DNA of 64,000 nucleotides, from the NCBI GenBank assembly GCA_038043285.1, contig JBBTCJ010000013.1, positions 17,852 to 81,851 on the forward strand. Direction: 5' to 3'. The translations under genes and the position numbers were made by a program. A model generated the notes under the pieces. That model was not told where the DNA came from. It saw only the letters and a program-made list of their open reading frames with translations, and did not search any database. This DNA comes from Planctomycetota bacterium (GTDB lineage: Bacteria > Planctomycetota > Phycisphaerae > UBA1845). Shown here piece after piece: positions 57,751-64,000 of the stretch. Positions within the stretch are counted from its first letter, which is position 1, and every line of letters starts with the position of its first letter.

Positions 57751-59148
57751 ATGGCCTCGGAAACACGCATCGAAAAGGACAGCATGGGCGAGATGACCGT
57801 ACCCGGGTCGGCCTATTGGGGCGCATCCACCCAGCGGGCGGTGGAGAACTTCCCCATCAGCGGATACCGCTTTGGACGGCGTTTCATCCGCGCCATGGGA
57901 CTCATCAAACAGGCGGCGGCCAAGGTCAACCGCGACTTGGGCAAGCTCGACGCGAAACTCGCCGACCTGATCGTCACCGCCGCCCAACAGGTCATCGATG
58001 GCAAGCTCGACGAACACTTCGTCCTTGACATCTTCCAGACCGGGTCGGGAACCAGCACCAACATGAACGCCAACGAGGTCATCAGCAACCGCGCGATCGT
58101 GCTCGCCGGCGGAAAGATCGGGGCCAAGGATCCTGTTCATCCCAACGATCACGTCAACATGGGGCAATCCTCCAACGACGCCATCCCCGCCGCCATCCAC
58201 ATCGCCGCTGCCGACGCCCTCAAGTTCGATCTCGCGCCCGCCTTGGAACACCTTCAGGCCGCCCTGCACCAGAAGGCCGAGCAGTTCGCAAAGATCGTCA
58301 AGATCGGACGGACACACCTTCAAGACGCCACGCCCGTCCGCCTGGGGCAGGAGTTCCGCGGATACATGCGCCAGGTTGAACTCTCCGTGCTGCGCACGCA
58401 GAAGGCCATTCGCGCCCTGCGCGAACTGCCCATCGGCGGGACCGCCGTCGGCACGGGAATCAACACCCACCCGGAGTTCGGCAAGCGCATGGCCGTCGCG
58501 CTCTCCGACGCCACGGGCATCGAATTCGTCGAAGCCGAGGACCATTTCGAAGCCCAGGCCTCGAAGGACGCCGTCTGCGAAGTGAGCGGCATCGTCAAGG
58601 CGATCGCCGTGGCCCTCGCCAAGGTCGCCAACGACGTCCGCCTGCTGGGCAGCGGTCCACGTTGCGGCATTGGAGAGATTCAGCTCCCCGCGACGCAGCC
58701 CGGAAGCAGCATCATGCCCGGAAAAGTCAATCCGGTGATGAGCGAAATGATGATTCAGGTGTGCTGTCAGGTGATCGGAAACGATGCCGCGACGACCCAG
58801 GCCTGCCGCGAAAGCTTCTTCGAACTCAACGTCGGCATGCCGGTGATGGCCCACAACCTCTTGGAATCAATCCGCCTGCTGGCGAGTGCCGCCAGAACCT
58901 TCGCCGATCGCTGCGTGGCGGGAATCACCGCCAACCAAGATCGCTGCAAGGAGTTAATCGAGGAATCGCTGGCCATGTGCACCAGCCTGGCCCCGAAAAT
59001 CGGTTACGACAACGCCGCCGCCGTCGCCAAGGAGGCCTACGCCTCCGGCAAAACGGTCCGCCAGATCGCCAAGGAAAAAAAGCTCCTCAGCGACGCCGAG
59101 TTGGACAGAACCCTCGACCCCTGGTCCATGACCGAACCGGGAGAATAG
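57751..59148 (+). CDS. fumC: Class II fumarate hydratase
   Basis: EKDSMGEMTVP, FQTGSGTSTNMNANEV, HPNDHVNMGQSSND, GSSIMPGKVNP. The QTGSGT and SSND patterns favour fumarase over aspartase. Start at ATG 57751. Confidence 0.9.
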   Translation: MASETRIEKDSMGEMTVPGSAYWGASTQRAVENFPISGYRFGRRFIRAMGLIKQAAAKVNRDLGKLDAKLADLIVTAAQQVIDGKLDEHFVLDIFQTGSGTSTNMNANEVISNRAIVLAGGKIGAKDPVHPNDHVNMGQSSNDAIPAAIHIAAADALKFDLAPALEHLQAALHQKAEQFAKIVKIGRTHLQDATPVRLGQEFRGYMRQVELSVLRTQKAIRALRELPIGGTAVGTGINTHPEFGKRMAVALSDATGIEFVEAEDHFEAQASKDAVCEVSGIVKAIAVALAKVANDVRLLGSGPRCGIGEIQLPATQPGSSIMPGKVNPVMSEMMIQVCCQVIGNDAATTQACRESFFELNVGMPVMAHNLLESIRLLASAARTFADRCVAGITANQDRCKELIEESLAMCTSLAPKIGYDNAAAVAKEAYASGKTVRQIAKEKKLLSDAELDRTLDPWSMTEPGE

Positions 59149-59194
59149 ATGGGACCGGTCAAAGAAGAGCGATTGGCCGACCGCAGCCGCAGGA

Positions 59195-59308
59195 CCGCTC
59201 GCTCACGCTTGCGGCTCTGTTCAAACAGCCGGTCGCTTCTTATCAGAGCCGCGCCCGTAAGGGAGCGGTGCCTCTTCTTCTATCCGTACCGCGACCGTGA
59301 GGGAGCGG
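59195..59308. repeat. Cluster of three family A repeat copies (one inverted, one direct, one partial direct)
   Basis: 59195-59220 ccgctcgctcacgcttgcggctctgt (inverted, 21/26 match). 59243-59268 tcagagccgcgcccgtaagggagcgg. 59289-59308 ccgcgaccgtgagggagcgg. The first two can pair as a long imperfect hairpin between convergent fumC and rplU. Confidence 0.75.
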
Positions 59309-59341
59309 TCCTTACTCACCCGCGGATTCCGCGGTGTCGCT

Positions 59342-59662
59342 TCACGAGGCTTGAATCGTCTCGACCTTCACCTGCAAGTACTTCTGCCGGTGGCCCTTCT
59401 TGAGCTTGTAGCCCTTGCGCCGGTTCTGCTTGCGGATGATGAGCTTGTCGCCCTTCAATTCGCCGATCACCGAGGCCGTCACCCTGGCCCCAGAAACATA
59501 CGGCTGCCCGACCTTCGGGCCGCCTTCCAGGTCGCCGACGAACATGACGTTTTCGAAGTCAATCGACTTCGTTTCCTCGGCAATGTCCTTGCGCTGGACC
59601 TCAAACACCAGCCCCTCGGTGACTCGATACTGCGACGCCCCGTCGGCGATGACTGCGTACAT
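59342..59662 (-). CDS. rplU: 50S ribosomal protein L21
   Basis: MYAVIADGASQYRVTEG...KGDKLIIRKQNRRKGYKLKKGHRQKYLQVKV. Confidence 0.95.
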   Translation of the reverse strand: MYAVIADGASQYRVTEGLVFEVQRKDIAEETKSIDFENVMFVGDLEGGPKVGQPYVSGARVTASVIGELKGDKLIIRKQNRRKGYKLKKGHRQKYLQVKVETIQAS

Positions 59663-59940
59663 CGGTGACTCCCAATAAACTCGGCTTCCAGAACAACCGT
59701 ATCGCGTGGTGCCCGCTCGGCCTCAACCGCACCGGCACTCCCCCGCCGCACGAAACCATCCAGTATCCCGCCGAAGATCGCCCCCGTCAAGCACTCCATC
59801 CGCCCGCCGGGAGCTTCGAAAAACCTGAAATGCCGATCAGAACCGCGACAGAATGGAGCGGTCAATCGCCGCCCCCTCGCCAGTGCACTGATCGGGTCAC
59901 GCGGTCAGCGACTCGACGCCAGTTCGACCCCGCCGCGAAG

Positions 59941-59986
59941 CCACCAAAGAGGGGAGGCGAGCCGAAATCTCGACTCGCCTCCCCGG
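59941..59986 (-). terminator. Probable terminator hairpin downstream of the IPTL-CTERM protein gene
   Basis: Perfect 11-bp stem ggggaggcgag (59951-59961) / ctcgcctcccc (59974-59984), followed on the coding strand by TCTTTGGTGG (a weak T tract). Confidence 0.5.
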
Positions 59987-60065
59987 AACTACCCTACCAC
60001 GATCTCCGATCGCTCGCTGCGGCAGCCGAAAGCAACCGCTAAGGACCGATCGGATTCTCTACGCC

Positions 60066-62156
60066 TTAGGCCGTCGCGCTCTGCCGACGACCGAAGTACA
60101 CCTTGCCGCCCGCCAGCAGCAGCAGGGCCAGAACCACCAGACCCCATTCCGAAACCGTCGGGATCGCAATGAAGTCCGGGTTGCAGATCACTTCCGCACA
60201 GGTCGAGCCGCGCGTCCAGACGAAGTTGCACTCGACCATGCTCGTCGAGGTGCAGCTCGCCTGCGTCCGATCGCCGCCCACTGCGCTGTCGCAGCAAGCA
60301 CCTTGCGCCGGCGAACACTGAACCTGGGTGCAATCGCGGCCTTCCGACCACTGATCGTCTTCACCCTGGCATCCGCCGCTGACCGTCACCGCGCAGTCGC
60401 CCAGCAACGTGTCGCAGCAAGCGCCGGTAACCTCGCGGCAGTTGACGTCCGCACAGAGCTGCCCAACCGACCAGTTCACGTACGGGCCGACCGGGCACTG
60501 GGCCAAGGTCGTCTCGGAGCAGGCGCCGCCCGCCCCGGAAGCCGTGTTGCAGCACGCGCCGGTGACCGCCACGCAAGCCGGAGTCAGATCACACGTCTTG
60601 TTGACGTAGAAGGTCTTGTAGTCGCCGCTGCAAGCAGCCGCATCGACGCCGTCCGTGCAGGCGCCCGCGATCGCGTCGCAGCAAGCCCCGCCCGGAATCG
60701 GCGTACCACAAACCGTCTTCTTGTACGCCCCGATCCGTTCCGACGAGCCGAGGGCCGGATCCCCCCCGGAGACTGTCGGTACCCAGATCAGATACGTCGT
60801 GCCCGGAACGGTCGCCAGGCAGGTGCACGACTCATAGTCCGGCACGTTGTTGTAGCACGGAGCGCCCGGATCCGACCCGGCGCCGTACGCGCCGTTGTCG
60901 CAGTCGTCGTTCTCGGCCAGCGGCGTGCTCAGGTCAGCCGCGTCGTACACCTGCATGTACGTATCAAATCCCGTGTTGCAGGCGTTGAACGACGTGAACG
61001 GCGTGTCGGCCGTGTACAGATAGAACCCAACCGAGTTGAGGTATGGTCCGTTGTCCGCGTTGTCCAGAACGCAGGGCGCCTCAAACGTGCACTGCCGCGG
61101 GCAGGTGCACCCAGCGGTGCACTGGCCGGGGCAATTCGCGTCGTCCGTGCCGTCGCACTCCTCGCCCCACGGCTCGAGGTTGTTGTCGCCGCAGGTGAAG
61201 GGGCAGCCGCCAAGGCGGGTAACGTTGTAGTTATCAAGATCCCAACCTGGGCCCGCTACGTTGTTGTGTGCGAAAATGATGCGCTCGATGGTGTTGGACT
61301 GCCCGGCATTGGCGTGCGAATAGGTGTGCACGCCGTCAACGGCGTCAAACGTGTACGAGTAAGTTCCCAGGCACGGGTCCAGGTCGACCTGAAGGTGATT
61401 GTAGGCGCCATTGCCCGTGGCGTAACCCAGGAACGCGTACCCAGCGGCCGCACCGTCGTACACGTAAACCCCGCCGTACGTCTTATCCCAGTACATGATG
61501 ACGCCGGTGCTGTTGCCTTCGCTGTCGGCGACGCTGAAGTTCTGCATGCTGCCGGCGAACGGCGGGACGCCGGGCGCTGCGTTCATCGCAAAGTCCATGG
61601 ACATGATCGTCGGCGAAGCCGAGGACTGTGGGCCCATTGACGGGCCGAAAGCGTTCACGCGGGAGGCGGTTCCAAAGCCGGTGGTGGCGGGCGGGTTGCC
61701 GCCCAGCGGGTCAGCCTGGAAACGCATGTGCTGCTCGCCGGTCTTGGGATTGATGGTGTCGATGTGCGGCTCGCGGCAGTGCTGCGAGCTGCCCGACATG
61801 TACCAGCCGTTCAGCGCGTTCGGGGCGCCGATGCAGCAGTTGATGTCCACCAGCGGATTGCCGGTGCAGCTTCCTGCGATCGGCGTGCTGCACGTCATTG
61901 AGTACGCACCACCGCATATGGAGAAGCCGGCTTCCCAACTGCACGCCCCATCGACGACTTCAAAGCCGGCGTTCTCGCACGTGGTTGCAGCCGTGGACTG
62001 CAAGCCGCCGCGATCGGACAACCGCAGCGAGATATCCGCCTTCGCCGGTGTCACCGAGCGCTGCGCCGGACGAGCCTGAATCGCCGTGCTCAAGGCGAGC
62101 ACGCCCGCGGCAACGCCCACAGCGGCGATGCCCCAATAAGACCTATGCGTTTTCAT
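60066..62156 (-). CDS. Secreted Cys-rich repeat protein with an IPTL-CTERM-type sorting signal
   Basis: N-terminal signal peptide (IAAVGVAAGVLALSTAIQA). Four tandem GACC...C...C...W..G..C...C modules near the C-terminus. Terminal IPTVSEWGLVVLALLLLAGGKVYFGRRQ (motif + TM + basic tail). Confidence 0.85.
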   Translation of the reverse strand: MKTHRSYWGIAAVGVAAGVLALSTAIQARPAQRSVTPAKADISLRLSDRGGLQSTAATTCENAGFEVVDGACSWEAGFSICGGAYSMTCSTPIAGSCTGNPLVDINCCIGAPNALNGWYMSGSSQHCREPHIDTINPKTGEQHMRFQADPLGGNPPATTGFGTASRVNAFGPSMGPQSSASPTIMSMDFAMNAAPGVPPFAGSMQNFSVADSEGNSTGVIMYWDKTYGGVYVYDGAAAGYAFLGYATGNGAYNHLQVDLDPCLGTYSYTFDAVDGVHTYSHANAGQSNTIERIIFAHNNVAGPGWDLDNYNVTRLGGCPFTCGDNNLEPWGEECDGTDDANCPGQCTAGCTCPRQCTFEAPCVLDNADNGPYLNSVGFYLYTADTPFTSFNACNTGFDTYMQVYDAADLSTPLAENDDCDNGAYGAGSDPGAPCYNNVPDYESCTCLATVPGTTYLIWVPTVSGGDPALGSSERIGAYKKTVCGTPIPGGACCDAIAGACTDGVDAAACSGDYKTFYVNKTCDLTPACVAVTGACCNTASGAGGACSETTLAQCPVGPYVNWSVGQLCADVNCREVTGACCDTLLGDCAVTVSGGCQGEDDQWSEGRDCTQVQCSPAQGACCDSAVGGDRTQASCTSTSMVECNFVWTRGSTCAEVICNPDFIAIPTVSEWGLVVLALLLLAGGKVYFGRRQSATA

Positions 62157-62393
62157 CTCTCATTCCTCCCAAAAACCTTCGTTCCGCGGAGAACAATTCC
62201 CCGCGACCCTACCCTTACTCATTCCTACGTGCCGCGCGTCGCGCTTAGCGACCCCTCTTCGCGGCCCGTCGGGCTCACGACCTTGGCCGGTTCGCAAACC
62301 CTCGAATCAATGATGTTGGAAATCGAAAAACCGCCCGCTTCAACGTCGCGCCCCGGACACTTTTACGGCCTCATCCGGGTCACGACCTCACGC

Positions 62394-63173
62394 TTACGCG
62401 AGCAAGGGTGGCCCACGAGGGCATTGGGGAAGCAGGAGACAAGACAGATGACTTGGGATGTCAAGGGGAATAAGACGCTGCGGCCCGCCGTTCGACGCGA
62501 CCGGTCTTGGCCGCGCGATCGACACGCGAACTTCCGAAAGAACCGACAGCAGCGCGGCGTTGACGTAGGCAACCAGGAACGCCACGACGACATAGCCGGT
62601 GAAACTCCCAACCAGCCGAATGGCCAATCCGTCGGTCTGCGTCCCGCCCATCAGCCCGTAATGCAGGCCCAGCGGAACCAGCGCGAATTCGACGCCGACC
62701 CACCCCAGACCGAGGAGGTACGGGCTGAATCCGACGCGGCGGGTCAACCAGGCGCCAAGAAACGAGTACGCCGCCGGGATCGCACACAGCAACGCACACG
62801 TTGTCGCATCGACGTGCAGCGACGACCCGCCGACCAACGCCGCGACGGCAAAAAGCGAGAGACCCCAGACCCCGCCGCACACGCCGGCCATCAACGGACC
62901 AAACGCACGGATCGCGTAAAAGAGGGGAACAAGTCCGACCCATCCCAGCCAGCGGTGCTGCGGCGAAGAAATCGCCAAGGCAACTGCTGTGGCGCTGGCA
63001 AACAAAGCAAGCCCGACCGCCGATGCTTGCCGCATCACGCGCCGCGCTTCGTTGCTGATAGGTCGCCGTACGCTTCGCATTGCTTCCCGTCCGTCAACAC
63101 GCCTTGGGGAACACCCCCCCAAAAAACGCCCCTTCGTCGAGGCAACGTGCTGAACAAGGCCGATCCGGCGCAA
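62394..63173 (-). CDS. Polytopic membrane protein resembling the N-terminal membrane domain of apolipoprotein N-acyltransferase (Lnt), without a CN-hydrolase domain
   Basis: LAISSPQHRWLGWVGLVPLFYAI, GGVWGLSLFAVAA and LGLGWVGVEFALVPLGLHYGLMGGTQTD parallel the Lnt TM1-TM6 pattern (..W...E..R...GFPW..LG.SQ). The ORF ends after ~200 aa of membrane domain. Start uncertain (M1, M32 or M47). Confidence 0.5.
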   Translation of the reverse strand: MRRIGLVQHVASTKGRFLGGCSPRRVDGREAMRSVRRPISNEARRVMRQASAVGLALFASATAVALAISSPQHRWLGWVGLVPLFYAIRAFGPLMAGVCGGVWGLSLFAVAALVGGSSLHVDATTCALLCAIPAAYSFLGAWLTRRVGFSPYLLGLGWVGVEFALVPLGLHYGLMGGTQTDGLAIRLVGSFTGYVVVAFLVAYVNAALLSVLSEVRVSIARPRPVASNGGPQRLIPLDIPSHLSCLLLPQCPRGPPLLA

Positions 63174-63344
63174 GTGTCACGCGGGACACGCCTCCGATAA
63201 CGCATCAATATAGCGAAACCTGTTACCCCTTTGCAACAGAAAAACAGGAAATCTCAAAGATTCTTTCGCGGCCGTCGATTACTTCGTAACCTTAGCATCG
63301 ACAATGAGTTACAGCACGATTTCCGCGGCTTCGCAGAAGTGGTC

Positions 63345-64000
63345 CTATAATGCGGGGTCGCGGGCGGGCTGGCTACGACGGTATCCGTCCAACTGTTCCC
63401 GGATTCGCCGCATACTTTCTTCGCTTACTGTCATGCCCGCAGTCTTGGCGATCGCTTCTTCCGCCGCAGTGATCGCCAAATCGAACCGTCCGGACTCGGC
63501 ATAGCCGGCCGCGAGGATCACGAGGATCGCCGGATCGGCCCGCTTGGTGCGTATGGCTGCGCGCTCGAGTAACGCGACGGCGGCTGGACCGTCTCGCACG
63601 TCGGGGTCGCTGGACATCGAGAGAATTCGCCCGAGCATCACCACCAGCCGATCTCGCGTGTCGTCGGCATCAACGCCGGCGCGAAGAACTCGCATCGCGT
63701 CCGTGACGCGACGTTCCTGCATGTAATACTGAGCAAGCTCTTCGAATGGCGGTGCGTAGGCAGTGCTCTTCGCAATGGCCGCCTCCATCAACCCGACGGT
63801 CTGTTCGATTCGATTCTCCATTGCGGCGAGTTTGCCGAGGTGGTAAAGCCCTTGGGCTTCACATCCCGAGGTCGTGGAGGCTTGCTCGAAGACGGTTTGA
63901 GCCTCTGCGGCGCTCTCCAGGGAAATCAGATTGATGCCGAGATTCAGCATCGCCTCGCAAAAGTCCGGTCTCAGACGCACGGCTTCCCGGAAGTGAACAA
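63345..64000 (-). CDS. TPR-repeat protein (5' end beyond the window)
   Basis: The reading frame stays open to position 64000 (..VHFREAVRLRPDFCEAMLNLG). Repeated TPR-like A..~~~~A~~~~P units. Stop at 63345. Confidence 0.7.
   Translation of the reverse strand, partial: VHFREAVRLRPDFCEAMLNLGINLISLESAAEAQTVFEQASTTSGCEAQGLYHLGKLAAMENRIEQTVGLMEAAIAKSTAYAPPFEELAQYYMQERRVTDAMRVLRAGVDADDTRDRLVVMLGRILSMSSDPDVRDGPAAVALLERAAIRTKRADPAILVILAAGYAESGRFDLAITAAEEAIAKTAGMTVSEESMRRIREQLDGYRRSQPARDPAL

Noticed and set aside
57739-58854. 371-aa minus-strand ORF
   Set aside because: It is antisense to fumC, which has the diagnostic GSSIMPGKVNP and QTGSGT motifs. Gly/Asp/Val/His-rich shadow frame.
60303-61640. 445-aa plus-strand ORF
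   Set aside because: It is antisense to the IPTL-CTERM protein gene. Arg/Ala/Val-rich with no motifs. The minus frame has a signal peptide, Cys repeats and a sorting signal.

Overview
GC-rich (roughly two-thirds G+C by eye) bacterial chromosomal segment. About 60 genes, almost all on the minus strand. All protein calls come from reading motifs in the supplied translations; no database search was run. Gene style (extended NuoH, NDH-1 without nuoEFG, GACC-type Cys-repeat surface protein, GT39-like+TPR protein) suggests Planctomycetota/Phycisphaerae-like, which is inference only. Layout: (1) 58-6778, NDH-1 genes in the unusual order nuoI / nuoA-B-C-D-H-J; (2) 7054-15175, housekeeping and envelope genes (cinA/pncC, queF, Xer recombinase, tRNA-Leu, gmhB-like, DHS-like, lpxK, Memo-like); (3) 15348-46508, a ~25-kb co-directional flagellar superoperon (flgB to fliA) headed by a TPR protein, a FlgN-like protein, a cytoplasmic histidine kinase and a sigma54 response regulator; (4) 46700-64000, accessory genes (orphan 94-aa Cys protein, methyltransferase, DUF62 SAM hydrolase, tatC, secreted protein, GT39-like+TPR, ABC ATPase + ABC-2/CPBP fusion, fumC, rplU, IPTL-CTERM Cys-repeat protein, Lnt-N-terminal-like membrane protein, TPR). 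No transposase, CRISPR array, rRNA or recognisable defence system was seen, and no single clearly novel system could be demonstrated. Most noteworthy: two short structured intergenic repeat families, one sitting directly after stop codons inside the nuo and fli operons; a PqqD/RRE-like domain fused to a Memo-like enzyme; a FliN with two tandem CheY-P docking (ISQxDIDAL) motifs and no fliM at the canonical position; a strongly signalled monocistronic 94-aa Cys protein of unrecognised family next to two SAM-using enzymes; and an IPTL-CTERM protein next to an Lnt membrane-domain-only protein.
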